NCBI RefSeq assembly: GCF_902713615.1
Contig: NC_052155.1
Location: 115,839,316-115,903,315, forward strand
DNA from: Scyliorhinus canicula
Lineage: Eukaryota
Direction of reading: 5' to 3'
Length of the DNA: 64,000 nucleotides
A program made the position numbers and the translations under genes. The notes under the pieces were generated by a model. That model did not search any database. It was not told the DNA's origin and was given only the letters and a program-made list of their open reading frames with translations. Shown one piece after another: positions 50,209-64,000 of the stretch. The number at the start of each line of letters is the position of its first letter. Position 1 is the stretch's first letter.

Positions 50209-53200
50209 AAAGTATCACAGTGATGCTGCCAGTGCTGCAATATTTGAAATTCTATGGCTATTGTGGACCGTGCATGCACCCTGCGCCACAGCCCAAAAAG
50301 ATGATGGCGGCACATATGACTGCAGCTTCAGCGGTAGCAGCTAATGCAACCATGAATTAATGTTTATATAGCATGGTACATCGCAGTTGACATGTGAAAA
50401 ATCAATAATGGGCTTCTTCCCATTGCATGCAGCAAGTTACTATGTTTTACAGTCAATTACTTCAGATTCATTCATACATTCCTTTGAGCAACTTGCAAAA
50501 GCAAAATTACTCCAGAATGTTAAGACTCAACTGTTCCATTTACTCCCGTCTAGTTTCTCACTTGCTGCCTGTGGCCTTATTCCAAGTCCTGTTCATCCAT
50601 CACTTCTGTGCGTATCAATCTAGACTGGTTCTGGACCAAGATTTTAAAATCCTCATTCTGTTTCTAATCTCTCCATGCCTCTATAATCGTCTCCAGCAAT
50701 TCCGGCCTCCTAAGCACCCCTGGTTTTAATTGCTTATCGCTAGTGGTCACGCCTTCAATCGTCAAGCCCCAAGCTCTGGATGGGATTCTATGCTTCTCTT
50801 TCCTCCTTTAAGATACACCTGAAAACCTAACTCTTCCACCAAGCTTTTGGCTATCTGCTCTGATATCACAAAATGTTACTCAATGTCTAATTCTGCTTTA
50901 TAAACACCACAGAACATTATATTTATAATGTCTTTAACATAATCAAAGTAATTAAGATGTTCTGCTTATTTTAAGGTGGAAATATAACCAGAAGGTTTAC
51001 CATCACACAATCAAGTCAAAAGGTAATGGTTTGGCCTATTCAGATATTACAAGATTTCATGAGATCAACTTCATATTAAACATTACTTCCTGGCATTCAT
51101 TTATATTGAATAAAACAATCATTTTGCATCTACCCCAGCAACTTATTTGTACATTCATGTAACATTACCCACTTCCCAGAATATTAAACCAATTGCCTTT
51201 AGGAGCCTGATGAGTGAAATATATGATAGCAAGGTCAACAGATAATCAATTCCAGACTCTGGCAGTGGAGAAAGGCAGCAAGTTGAGAAACATAAGCGCA
51301 GTTCCAACAGTCAACACGGTTTCTTGCAAGTAGACATCCAGGACATACACAGTTGAAATGATAAGAGCAGACAATTCTCCACCAAATAGCTTCCTTCTCA
51401 CCAAAAAGCAGTACTCGGGTTTATGTTGGAACTTTCAAAGAACTCTCCATATTTAAAATGCGGAGAGCAGAATTTTAATGTCAACAGACCAAGCGAAAGA
51501 GTCCAGGGATACACTTATCCAAATCACTAAAAGTAATGACTTACGATAATGAGCCTATTTTTAAAAAATAGAGCACTGGGGGTTAATTTCCAATGGAATA
51601 GAACTAAAAAGCCGACAAGTCATGTTAAACTTGTAAAAGCCTTGGCTGGATCACACTTGGGAGTAGACGTGTATCATACTATAGATATAGAGGCATTAGG
51701 GAAGGTGAAAAAGATTTCCAAGTAAGACACCAGAACTGGGGCTGTGGGTTCTTTCTCCAGGAAAGGGTGAACTGAAAGAGGGCTTTAAAATTATGAAAGG
51801 GATGGACAGAGAAAAAGCTTCCACTTGTGGAGACACCAGAATTCAGGGAAATATCAAATTGTCACCAATAAAACCAAACAAAGGAGAAAGGAAGGTGGCA
51901 CGGTGGTTAGCAGTGCTGCCTCATAACACCAGGGACCCAGGTGGCTGTCTGCATGGAGTTTGCTCATTCTCATGACTGCATGGGTTTCCTCCGGGTGCTT
52001 CGGTTTCCTTCCAGCCCAAAGATGTGCAGGTTAGGTGGATTGGCCATGATCAATGCGTGGGGTTACAGATCTTTCGGAGGATTGGTGGAGACTCGATGGG
52101 CTGAATGGCCTCCTGCACTGCAGGGATTCTACGAAAACTTATTTACATGCATAATGCTTTTATTACTGGACTAATAATCCAGAGGCTGGTGAAATGATCC
52201 AGGGACAGACATTCAAATCCAACCAGAGTAGCTGGGAAAGTTAAGTTCAATTACCTACATGAAATATGGATTTTTAAAAAGAAAATAGCAATGGTGACTA
52301 TGAAATAGCAGATTCTCATAAAAGCCAAATGGCTCATTCATGTCCTTTGGTAAAAGGAAACCCACCATCCTTACCCAATCCAGCTTCCAGACCCAGAGTA
52401 ACATGATTGATTACTCCCTGCCCTCCAAGCAAGTCACTCAGTTGAATTCAATAAGGCAACACACTACCACCATAGGTATGCACAGTAAATCCTGAGCTTG
52501 CCAGTGATGCATACATCCCATGGATGAATTAAAAATTACCCAGAGTAGTAGGAACGTGGATCTTGTTACCGCGAAAGGGAGTTGAAGCAAATAGCATATA
52601 GGCATCAAAAGTAAGGCTAGAGAATCATGTGTAGGATCAAGGAATAAAAGTACATGCTGATGAGGTTAGATGACAGTCAACAGGAACTCACATGGGAACA
52701 AAAAGGAAAATTTGCATTTATATTGTGCCTTCTAGATCAATCAAGCATCCCAAAACACTGAAATCACTGTTGTAATATAGTAAACGTGGCAGCAAATTTG
52801 CACACAGCAATGAAATAATGATCAGATAGTCTGATTTTATGTTAATTGGATTTTATGTTGATTGGTCACAACACCAGAACTTCCATACTCTTCTTAAAAG
52901 AGTGTCATGGGATCTTTAACATCCACATGGGAGAACAGACAGGACCTTGGTTTAAGGTCTCATCTGAAAGATGGCATTTCCACTAGTGCAGTGCACACCT
53001 TCAGTACTGCACTGGAGTGTCAGCCACTCCTGAATGGGCTTGAACCACTCCTGAATGGCTTGAACCCACAACCATCTGACTCTGGCGAGAGTGCTATCAA
53101 CTGAGCCAAAGCCAACATAGGCCAGTTGGCAAATGCCTTAAAGAGTCTGAATAAACGGCACCCGAGGGATAACTAGCTTGCAGAGAAATAGTATTGTGAA

Positions 53201-53476
53201 CTGACTCATTTCTGTCCCTTTGAAACATATCATTGGCATAAAATATAGAGAAATAGCCCAGCCGAACCAATCTACAAACTTCCAATAGCACATCTAAAGG
53301 CCTGTGTATTAAAATACTCAACTACCCACTTGGTCGAGGAAATTCTGAGTTTGTGCAGTGGTACAAATTTCACAAAGACAAGCGCTGAACTGAAAAGACA
53401 CTTGTATAATACGTAAAATCCTAACAAACATATTTATCAAAATAGCCCAGTACCAACTAAATGAAAATAACCTTAC

Positions 53477-53586
53477 CGAGCTGTTTTTCAATCAATGCAT
53501 TTTCAGTAAGACCAATACGCTGATGCTTGATCTTGCCAAAGCCACGTTTGTAGATCAATTCACGGACAGATTTTAGATTTGGATAT
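53477..53586 (-). CDS. RPL7: RPL7 exon 5 (110 nt)
   Basis: [36 protein letters not shown]; AG/GTAAG boundaries. Confidence 0.97.
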
Positions 53587-54918
53587 CTAGAAAATTAATG
53601 GCAAGTAATAACATTTGTTTAAAAATGTCACCATTCCATCACAAACTACTTCCCAGAGCACATATTAATAAATCTCAAAAGGACAAATAATTTCAATTTA
53701 GTCTCTGGCCAAAGCAAATCAATCAATATTCTGGTCCATTTTGATAAGCATGTTTAACCAAAGGCTGCAAGTTGTATCCCCTTCACCAGAAGTACATATT
53801 AATAGTGATCTCCAATGTTTACCTGACAATCTGACCAACAAAGCCCAGCAATTCAGTTCTCATTTGTATTTATGTCTCACTTGAAAATACTTGTTAGTCA
53901 TGCTGGAGCAAAATTCAAACATAAACACAATGAGATGTTCCCTAATGTTTCAACATGCCATAGATTTTAGCCAGGGCAGAAGAGAAAATTAAAGCAAGAA
54001 AAGGGCAAGTATGTTGCTATCCCTTTTACAACCTTAGATTATCCAAAATTGTTTCACAGTTAATTAGGTATTTCTGATGTTTCACCAGTATTGTAATGAA
54101 GAAAAGATATGCCAGTTAATTTCTGCAAAGGTCATATAAATGGGAGCAATATCAAGGCATTGGTGATTTTGGCTGATAAATATTGAATCGAACACCAAGG
54201 AATATTTCCCTTGTTCACCAAGTAATGCCATGGCATTTTTGAAATCTACCCTAAGGGTAGAATGTCTCAATCGAAAGATCAACGACCACCCAACAACGCA
54301 GCAGTCTCGGTGTGGAATTAAAACCTGAGACTGGATTATGTGTTAGTTACAGTGGGGCTTGACCTCACAACCTTCAGCTTCAGAGGCAAGAGTGCTCCCG
54401 CTGAGCTAAGACTGACACCTGTGGCACGGCCAATGGCCTCAGCACCCTGGTATGGGGAGTGGGAATCAAACCGCAATGGTCCTTATTTCTTAAGTGTTAT
54501 CCAGTAACCTCCACTAGAAGGGAACTTATGAATTTTTTAGCAGTGAAATAACCAGGGTCTGTTTGATAGCAGGCTATTAACAGCTGAATTGCACCGTGGC
54601 TTTCTGACTACCAGATTACCAATGTACCTAGTAACATGCAAATTGTCAATACCTTCAGGAAAGCATTTTATTTTAAATATAAAAAGTGTATTATCTAGTC
54701 ATCACAGCTGACTAGAATGTCTTCCAATCAAAAACAGTGAAATAAACTTTAAAAAAGAAATAAGTGTTGTTATTGTAGACCGCTATCCATGTCTGCCTGA
54801 GGGTTTGTTAATAAATCACCAACTGCATCCATTCAGAAAATACCATACCTAGTTTCATACTGACAGCATGCTACATTTTAGTACTCTACCAAAATACAAT
54901 TTCACCGGTAATTGCTTA

Positions 54919-55119
<201 letters not shown>

Positions 55120-55208
55120 TTAAAAAAGGTAGTTATTTATTCGCTTTGTAATGGCTTGAAAATGTAACCCATCCTTACATTGATGAATTATTATGCAAAA
55201 ACACTTAC

Positions 55209-55375
55209 CCCCTGATACGGATCACAAAAGCTAGCCTGGGTTCCGCAGGAACATAATAATTATTAGCTTTGCGTGCCATTCTGGCAAGACGGATCTCACG
55301 TCTATACACTTGCTTGTACTCCTTGTGGTAGCACTCAGCCCTCTTGTAGATTAGTTTTCTCTTCACTCTATTCAT
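55209..55375 (-). CDS. RPL7: RPL7 exon 3 (167 nt)
   Basis: [20 protein letters not shown]...[16 protein letters not shown]; AG/GTAAGT boundaries. Confidence 0.97.
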
Positions 55376-56546
55376 CTTGAAAAGAAAGGGTACATTTGCT
55401 TAAAATGTACAAAATAGATGGCTGATATTGTACTTAATATTAGAAAATAATCAAATTGATCATATAATATAAACATTTTCTCATCATTCCATTCCCAGAA
55501 AAAAAGGATGAGAAGTACTTATGGTACCCATATGCGGACAGTTTAATAGAGATGTCCAAAATCATGAGCAGACTGAAGAGAGTAGAGACAAACTGTTCCT
55601 GCTCGTAAAAGGATCGAGAATGAGAAGGCAGACTTCAAGTGATTTGCAGAAGAAAATATGATATGAAAAAATTATTTTTCACACAGCGAGTAGTTCAGAT
55701 CTGGATTGCATTGCCTGAAGTGTGGTGGAGGCAGATACAATCAAGGCATTTAAGAGGGATTTTTTGAATAGAAACAATGTGCGAGGATACAGGGAAAAAG
55801 CAGGAGAATGGCTCGAAGTCACAATGTTCATTTGGAGAACCAGTGCAGACAATGGTCAAATGGCCTTCTGCGCCGCAACAATTATCTGATATGCAAACAG
55901 TGTGATTTCACACTATAATTTTACAGCCATATAAACTAAGACATGCGTAGTGCCCAACAATTATTTTTTAATCTACTCTTTCATGGGACGTGGGCATCAC
56001 TGGCAAGGCCAGCATTGGTTGCACATCCCTAAATGCCTTTGAACCAAGTAACTTTCCATTTCAGAAGTTAAGAGTCAACCACATTGCTGTGGACCTGGAG
56101 TCAAACACTGGCCAGGCCGGTTAACTACAGTCGATTTCTTTCCCCAAGGGACATGATTGAACCAGGTGGGTTTTCACAACAATCATTCATAGCCATCACG
56201 GTCACCATCACTGAGACTAGCTCTATATATTCCAGATTTTATCATTTGAATTTAAATTCCTCCAACTGCTGGGATGGGATTTGAATCCAAATCTCCAGAG
56301 CATTAACCTGTGCCTCTGGATTACTAGCCTGGTGATGTTACCATTGCACCATGATCTCCCCATAAATGCATTCATTATCATTTACTACTCACCTGAAGTC
56401 AAATGTAAAAATTTACTTGTGGAAATTAACCTGAACAACTCTTTGCAGACCATTAACTTACCATATTGAATTTAAATACTGACTATTTAAAATGACAAAT
56501 TAATCTGATATGGAAAAGACAACAAAAAGACATGCATTTATATAGC

Positions 56547-56722
56547 TGAAATTAAAACAGAAGATGCTGGATAGACTCAGCAGATCTAACAGCATCTGTG
56601 GAGAGCGAAACAGTTAAGGCTCATTATGTTTCATGGGTCATATGGACTCAAAATATTAACTTTGTTTTTCTCTCTCCAGATGCTGTCAGACACGTTTATC
56701 CAGCATTTTGTTTGTATTTCAA
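56547..56722. repeat. Short degenerate inverted repeat, probably Penelope-derived; related pieces near 31760-31880 and 41745-41800
   Basis: GATGCTGGATA..CAGCATCTGTGGAGAG mirrored by CTCTCCAGATGCTG..TATCCAGCAT. Confidence 0.55.
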
Positions 56723-57387
56723 CTATTGTCTTTTCTACTAAGCATGACATCTGCTTTTAATACCAACCCTCTGAAAGGATGCAATCCTCAGATCCTTCGT
56801 TTTTGTACCATGTATAATTTATCATGATTAACTAGCCCTTTTAATTAAGTTACTACACTGGTAAACTGGTGAATAAAAGATTACCCTTATAAAAGATGAA
56901 GACAATGAATGCCCACAAAAATAATATAGTATTTATGGTTAGGAACGTTTAGAGTCTTTAATAGTTAAGTACTTGGGCATAAACAGTGGTTAGCCCTACT
57001 ACTTCACAACACATGGGACCCGGGTTCAAACTCAGCCTTGGATGACTGCAGAGTTTGCATGTTCTCCCCATGTCTGCGTTGGTTCCCTCTGGGTGCTCCG
57101 GTTTCTTCCCAGTTCAAAGATGTGCAAGTTAGGTAGATTGACCATGCTTGAATTTCCCCTTAGCGTCCAGGGATGTGTAGGTTAGGTTACGGGGCTATTG
57201 AGATCGGGTGCTCTTTCAGAGGTCGGTGCAGGCTCGATGGGCCGAATGGCCTCCTTCCGCATTGTAGGAATTCTATTAAATTATTATGTAGTAGAAGACA
57301 AAGGCAATTAAAATTGTACCATCACACATTCATTAAACATGGATTAAAGCACAGGTATAACCAGACAAGTCGGAATGTTTCACAAAC

Positions 57388-57490
57388 CTTCTTTTCTACC
57401 AACAAACGCTTGTCACGCTTGGCCTTCATCAATGCAAACGCCTGGCGCTTTTTCAAAAGACTTTCTGGGACAGATGGCACCTTCTTCGCT
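57388..57490 (-). CDS. RPL7: RPL7 exon 2 (103 nt)
   Basis: AKKVPSVPESLLKKRQAFALMKAKRDKRLLVEKK; AG/GT boundaries. Confidence 0.95.
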
Positions 57491-57780
57491 CTGGTTAAAA
57501 AGGAAACAGATGGAGATGGTGAGGTTATTTTATCATAAATTATTCTCGGTACCAAATGTCATCTCAGTCCCCGTGATTTGATGCAGATGTTAAACAACGT
57601 GCATACATCCAGATATAACTATTTTCTTGTTAGGTCTGGTAGGCCACAGCCTGATCGTGAAGACACTGAACGAATATCTACAGCGAATACGCCCGCTCGT
57701 GCAAACATTTTGTGAAATAACTATTTCTAAGATCTTGGTCAGTTAATCGGATCATTTGCACGAAGTGAAAGTTTCAACTT

Positions 57781-57851
57781 GAGCACAATGTAACCGGAGG
57801 AGAGATTCGGGACTGTGAGCACAATGTAACCTGATGAGAGATTCGGGACTG
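57781..57851. repeat. 36-bp tandem duplication in RPL7 intron 1
   Basis: GAGCACAATGTAACC....GAGAGATTCGGGACTG present twice. Confidence 0.85.
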
Positions 57852-58006
57852 GACAAGCACATCATCATAACACTGCATCCAACCGTTAAACTAAAAATAT
57901 ATATATAACAAGCTAGCACATCACACAAGAATACCCCGTAGGTAAACAGTGTTGAAAACTGAAATTTAACTACGGATGGATTTGGATTTTAATGCGCCTC
58001 ACTCAC

Positions 58007-58020
58007 TTTGTGTCCGCCAT
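58007..58020 (-). CDS. RPL7: RPL7 exon 1 coding part (14 nt, MADTK)
   Basis: ATGGCGGACACAAA|GTGAGT; total CDS 741 nt = 246 aa plus stop, in frame. Confidence 0.92.
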
Positions 58021-58033
58021 TATCGCCACGACC

Positions 58034-58060
58034 GAGAGGGGTGGGGGAGGGAAAAGGGAG
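58034..58060 (-). promoter_or_regulatory. RPL7: TCT initiator / 5'TOP tract of RPL7
   Basis: CTCCCTTTTCCCTCCCCCACCCCTCTC just upstream of the ATG; predicted +1 near 58056. Confidence 0.85.
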
Positions 58061-58492
58061 CGACGCATGCGCGGAGGGCATTTAAAACCTGCCTTTGGAG
58101 GAAGGTGCCCCTGTCGTTGCCTGAGCCGATGCAACAGGAGGGGTTTGAATGCCTTTAATAATATTTGCCTGTTTCTTTGAACTGGCATCTACCATACAAA
58201 ATAAAAAAATGAGGAATAACATCAGACGGCGACAGTTGCAGTCAGGGATGGCAGCAGTGAAGTAGGCCGCCTTTGCGAGGTCCTAGTGCGCGGGGAGGGT
58301 CGTTGCAGGTTCCTTATTTAAAGGGTGACGCGGATTGAAGATGATCAGAGTCTCCAGGAGGCGGCAGTGGCTGGACGGAGGCTGGAGTCCCCAAGGGAGG
58401 CATAAGCATAGCATTGCTATCATTCAGACGCCTCTGGACAACGCTCTTCGCCGCAGCCGGGCACACTTCCCCGCCCCACCTCGGCACTGGCC
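58061..58492. promoter_or_regulatory. Divergent RPL7/RDH10 promoter region
   Basis: ATGs about 470 bp apart; NRF1-like CGCATGCGC near 58065; TATA-like TTTAAA near 58081 and TATTTAAA near 58315. Confidence 0.7.
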
Positions 58493-58942
58493 ATGAATAT
58501 CGTGGCGGAGTTTTTCGTTGTCACTTTCAAAGTGCTCTGGGCTTTCGTGTTGGCCGCCGCCAGATGGCTGATCAAGCCCAAGGAGAAGAGCGTGTGCGAT
58601 CAGGTGTGCCTGATCACTGGAGCCGGCAGCGGGCTCGGCCGGCTCTTTGCGCTCGAGTTCGCCAAGAGGAAAGCCAGCCTAGTGCTGTGGGATATCAACC
58701 AGGAGGGTAACGAGGAGACGGCCGAGAAGGTCCGGCAGCTGGGCGCCCGAGTGTACACCTACACTTGCGACGTGAGTAAAAGGGGCAGCGTTTACCGGAC
58801 GGCCGACTTGGTGAGGAGAGAGATCGGCGATGTGACGGTGCTGGTCAATAACGCAGGTGTGGTGTCCGGACACCATCTCCTCGAGTGTCCGGATGAGCTG
58901 ATCGAGAGGACCATGATGGTCAACTGCCACGCTCACTTTTGG
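58493..58942 (+). CDS. RDH10: Retinol dehydrogenase 10, first coding exon (150 codons); no later exons recognised in the window
   Basis: [62 protein letters not shown]|GTGAGT; head-to-head with RPL7 as in other vertebrates. Confidence 0.96.
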
Positions 58943-61900
58943 GTGAGTGTGAAAAGCTGCGAAAGTTTGCGTTTCATTGTTTAGCTGCTGTTCCTCTTGC
59001 TCGTCGAAAATACTTGGTTTTCCCCATAAGCAAACTGAAGCTTACTCATTGACACACGTCTTGTGTCAAAGTCAAGGCATCAAGTCAAATTTATTTGTTA
59101 CCATGCGATTATTTTCTGATCCAGGTGCATTCTTAAGTTGCGCGACAGAAGTTTTTTTAGATGGAGTTAGCCATCCATCCCGGTACATGGCGCAAGGAAG
59201 ACTGCTGCCAAATAAAACTTTTACATGACAGCAATGATCCCGCTCTGAGTCGCAGTGCGGATGGTAAGATTTCTAAGGGAAATATGAATCAGTCCCGGTT
59301 ACTAGACATTGGTGTACACTTCGGTATTAATGATTAATGTGATTAATTGTTGCTGCTACTGTACCAAAGCACTTTGATTTTAATACTGATGATCTTAGTG
59401 ATTCATAGCGGTTCCTGGTGATTCGATGTCTCGAGTGTCTTCCGGTCCTCCACTGCTATCCCTAACGTGGGTTACTTACTGTAAGTTCAGTGTTATCCCT
59501 GTGGAAATGGGGATATCTGTCTGGTCTCTGGATAGTTTGCTCCCAGCCAATCGCCTCGCTTACCGGGGGGGGGGGGGGGAGAGTGAATCAAAAGGTGTGT
59601 TGTATACGAAATGAATACATTAGCTGCGGCTGTTGCGTGTCGCTTCACACTATATAAATGCAACTTTGTTAATGCTGGAGCAACTCCACACACTTGCTAC
59701 TTGATTTTTGGAAGTGGGAGTGCTGCTATCTATGTAAATTGTGGGAAGGACTTTTTGACTTTTTTCTTCGCAATTCCGTCATCCGCTTAGACTTTGAGCC
59801 ATTCAAAATATTCGAGCTTAATCGACGCCTCTGGTAATCGATATTTGTAGGTAATTTCATTTATACGAACGCAATTTTTAAAAGGAAGCAACTCTGTAAC
59901 GTAACCGTACCTGTTGTAGGCTTATTCCAAAACAGGGTGACGAAGATTAATACCTTTCGCTGTTCTCGACTACGAACACAATTACAGACCTAAAGGAATG
60001 GAATTATGCCCACTTTAGATGGTGTATTTTGAGGTGCATAAGGGCCAGATGTACGTTTTGGGGAAGGAAAATGAGTTTTTAGTTCATTTATAAAACTTTG
60101 ACCTTTAGTGTTGAGCAGAATTCTGTTTTATTGTGAACAAATGCTGAAGACCTCTGCTCCATAAAGAGTGCAGAAGGAATTGTTAAGTTATCTACTGAAT
60201 TAGTTGTTCATTCCATACTTGTGGGGTGAGGAATACTTGTCAACAATGCCCCAAGAGTATGGTGGTGGGCCTTTCAACGTCCATCATTAAGACTGCAGCT
60301 GATCAGTTGTTTGGCAGTACTGCTGTTGAGTTATCACATTTTTGTATTGAGTGGCCTTTCTTTTTCACCATCTACATCTATCATTTTCAAGAAATAAAAT
60401 AAAAAGCTAAATCAGTTTTTGATTTCACTTGAAGAATTGACACCATTTCTAAAGTGCACCCTCCACAGAGACATGGTGCTTGTATGAGGGAATGCACCCT
60501 CCACAGAGACATGGTGCTGCACTGTCAAAATAAAGACTTTCTGGAAGACTACAAATTACCTGATATCTGGAGCTAATCAATAGTTGGTACAATAAATCTG
60601 CATGTAAATATAAACTCCATGCTTGTATAGCAGAAACAACATCTTTATGCTTGGGAAATATTAAACTGACCAAATTCTACATTAATGTACAAAGAAACAT
60701 AATTCTGAAATTAGTGATCTTGAACATAGTTCAGGCTACAGGCTTCTCTTACCTCGACCAACTGATCAGTGGAGTATCCTATCGGATGCGACTAGTGACA
60801 TTTTCTTCACTGAAGTCTATTCTTTTCTCCCCCCCCCTCTCCATAACTCCATGCCTTCCACAGAAGCAATGTGACCCACAACACACTGAATTACAGGTGG
60901 AAAGAGGTGCCAACATGGAGCTGAATATCCTGCATCATATTTATTTTCCCCATCCAAAGAAATGTGGTTTACTGAGTCATGGAGAAGTACAAGGCTGCTG
61001 CAGCACAATCTGTTTTGAAAATTCCAGTAGATTGCTCTCCAGGTACAGCATGAACTAATAAACATTATATACCATGCATAGTGTTTTCTTCAACCATCAC
61101 CCACTGATCAAAGTGTGACAACATACTAAATTGTGTTACCTATGAGTGCAATCCTCCTGCTTCCCCTCCCTTGCATTGCAAAGAGCACATATCATAACCC
61201 CCATGCTTTCCAGACCACAACCGAAAAATTAAATTTGAAGAGGTGCTAGCATAGAGTGGAAAGCATTGGTAGGTGGCGCTGTGTTAACTGGAGCAAAGAT
61301 TCAGCCAAAACATATTTTGGTCTGTATCATTGTATATATTTTTGCATATCCATGCAACTACATACCCTGACCATTGAGTGGCACTGCTGCAGTTTTTCTT
61401 TTCGACTGAAGCTCCATAACCATTAAATTTGTTTTCTCAAACTAATCTTCGTTCTTACTAAAACACCCTTTTGTATGTTTTTGATTTAATGAAAACATTA
61501 ACTTTCACATTCCAATTGTTTCTCCTTTTTAAATCATCAATGTAACTACATTTATGAATAAAATGTGCCAAAAGGTACCCATCATCTATAGTTTGAAAAG
61601 AGTCTGAACAATACCATTCTGACGAGCAAACTGATTGTACCAGTAGTATTTGCAATACTAGATTGAAATTATTTGATCTTTCAATTTTTGACTAATCTCT
61701 TGTGCAAAGTGGTGCTCTTATTCATGTACTGCTTCAAAATTGAAATACACAGAAATCCTTGTACGGTAGTTTGAGAATCATTTTAAATTTCCCGTAGTTG
61801 ATTTTAGATGACTGGAGTTACTAGTTTAAGTTCACTTTTGCTTGTAGGAAATTCTGTGATACTTATTAGTTCCTACTTGAGGAGCAGACATTTACTTTTC

Positions 61901-63113
61901 ACAAATCAAATGGGTAAATAGCTTGTCCAGGTTGGAAGTACACTCCATATATTGTAAATAATTGTGGCTACAAACTGCTTTCAACAGGGAGTATTACTGT
62001 TCTGAGTGCATTAGTATTTATTTTCTTTGGACCATAAAAGTATTATTTTGAAATGGAGAAATTTGCTGGCGTACAAAATGAGTGGGCCACTCAGCTCTTC
62101 GAGCCTGTTCCACCATTCAATAAGATTGTGGTTGTTCGGCCATCAGCTCCCTGTAAATGTTAGCGGTTACTGGTATGATGGGCTGAATGGCCTCCTGCGC
62201 TCTTTGAAGATGGTCATTGTGGTTGCATGGCTCCTTAAGTGTTGGGGGTGGGGGGAAAGAGGGTGTGGACTACATAGAATGTGACTGTCTTGGCGCCAAT
62301 TGCTCGTATGTGTGTGAGCCATGGGCAGTCTGCATGGGGCCCTGGGAGCAGTACCCTGGGCAGTGTGGACGAAAGTGACTGGCTCGAGGCCAATTGCTCA
62401 GGTGTGTGTCTGTGTGAGTGTGAATCCTGGCATAGGCAGTTTATGTGCAACTTGGGGAGCAGTACCATGGGCAGTGTGGACCAGGAAACTAAATTGTTAA
62501 AACCTGTACTATGGTGTGCCTGTTACGTAACTGCCCTTTTGTCTTTCATCATTAAATCCCTTGGTGAGTGTCGAGCATTCACAGTAATACTTGCAAGAAT
62601 ACCAAGGAATAGATGAAAATTTCTAGTGCCATGTATGTTCTCTGGTATAAATATTCTTATTCATTTTTGTCCTATATATCTGAAAGAAGCATTGACCCAT
62701 GATGATGCGTGGCAAACAGTTTGGATGTTACCATGAATGCTACACTACCCTGCTCTGTAGGAACTGGTGCACCACATTATAAATTGATAATGCACATCAT
62801 ATTTAGCCTCTTGCTTAAAATTGCGCTTGTGATCTGGGCAGTAGGAATTCTAGTATCTTGCAAGTTGAAAAATTGATTTTCTTGGTTCTAAGCATTAACA
62901 GGCCCCAGTGCATCTAGCAAGGGGATTCTGATGTCATTCTTGACTTTGCAGAGACTAGTTTGATTTTTGATTCTTTCAATATGTACTTGAGGTTGAGATC
63001 TTTTTGTTCCAGCTAAACTTCCACATCTTGTATCTTAATCAAAATTACCTATTACATGTGACTGCTGATTTCTTTGCATGGTTTTAATCAAGGAAGAAGA
63101 TGCTGTCATAGGG

Positions 63114-64000
63114 TTTTTGTGAAGGGACAGGAATGGTTGTTGCAGGTTCCAGGATTTAGATGTTTCTGAGAACAGAGAAGATGGTAAAAGAGGGGGGGGG
63201 ATTGTGGCATTGTTAATCAAGGAAAGTATTACGGTGATAGAAAGGACGTTTGAGGACTCGTCAACTGAGGTAGTATGAGCCGAGGTTAGGAACAGGAGAG
63301 GAGAGGTCACCCTGTTGGGAGTTGTCTATAGACCTCCGAATAGTTCCAGAGATGTAGAGGAAAGGATTGCAAAGATGATTCTCGACAGGAGCGAGAGTAA
63401 CAGGGTAGTTGTTATGGGGGACTTTAACTTTCCAAATATTGACTGGAAATACTATAGTTCGAGTACTATAGATGGGTCAGTTTTTGTGCAGTGTGTGCAG
63501 GAGGGTTTTCTGACAGTATGTAGACAGGCCAACAAGGGGCGAGGCCACGTTGGATTTGGTACTGGGTAATGAACCCGGCCAGGTGTTAGATTTAGATGTA
63601 GGTGAGCACTTTGGTGATAGTGATCACAATTCGGTTATGTTTACTTTAGCAATGGGCAGGGATAGGTATATACCACAAGGCAAGAATTATAGCTGGGGGA
63701 AAGGCAATTATGATGCAATTCGGCAAGATTTAGGATGTATAGGATGGGGAAGGAAACTGCAGGGGATGGGTACAATCTAAATGTGGAGCTTTTTCAAGGA
63801 ACAGCTACTGCGTGTCCTTGATAAGTATGTACCTGTCAGGCAGGGAGGAAGTTGTCGAGCAAGGGAACCGTGGTTTACTAAGGAAGTTGAAGCACTTGTC
63901 AAGAGGAAGAAGGAGGCTTATGTTTGGATGAGACATGAAGGCTCAGTTAGGGTACTTGAGAGTTGCAAGTTAGCCTCGAAGGACCTAAAGGGAGAGTTAA
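63114..64000 (+). mobile_element. CR1-clade LINE ORF2 endonuclease region in RDH10 intron, running out of the window
   Basis: GVVYRPPNS, VVMGDFNFPNIDW, DLVLGNE, GDSDHNSV motifs; frameshifts. Confidence 0.88.

Noticed and set aside
57738-57870. Possible intronic C/D box snoRNA (ATGATGA...CTGA on the minus strand)
   Set aside because: No terminal stem or recognisable guide, and the interval contains a tandem duplication
58493-58984. RDH10 as a processed retrocopy, or a 163-aa single-exon ORF
   Set aside because: Consensus GTGAGT donor at 58943 and conserved head-to-head position with RPL7; the ORF tail is intron read-through
60455-60519. Direct repeats resembling a CRISPR or regulatory array
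   Set aside because: Only two copies of a ~26-bp core in a vertebrate intron; an ordinary local duplication

Overview
Eukaryotic, vertebrate DNA. The repeat complement (fish-type L1, CR1, Rex/Babar, Penelope, tRNA SINEs) suggests a cartilaginous fish, probably a catshark; this is inference. Host genes: (i) a complete 7-exon RPL7 on the minus strand (246 aa, TOP/TCT start near 58056, 3'UTR intron 2 nt after the stop); (ii) head-to-head with it, the first coding exon of RDH10 (58493-58942); (iii) a candidate first exon of an unidentified minus-strand gene at 32357-32643 with an RFX X-box upstream, in the syntenic slot of C8orf89. Positions 1-31 kb are nested L1 LINEs and at least five Ty3/Gypsy elements. 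RPL7 intron 5 holds an L1 nested in another L1. Main observation: four related Mag-like Gypsy elements (A-D) share an unusual design. Where the 5' junction survives (A, B, C) there is no tRNA primer-binding site. The sequence 1 nt after the 5' LTR is instead the reverse complement of the LTR segment ending in the poly(A) hexamer, with compensatory changes between families. All four also have a YLDN reverse-transcriptase motif instead of YxDD and clusters of YY1-like motifs inside gag; C and D share a hairpin over the polypurine tract. Also present: a young ~1.24 kb Penelope fold-back palindrome carrying hammerhead ribozymes, and an LTR element whose 5' junction carries a copy of its own 3' flank.
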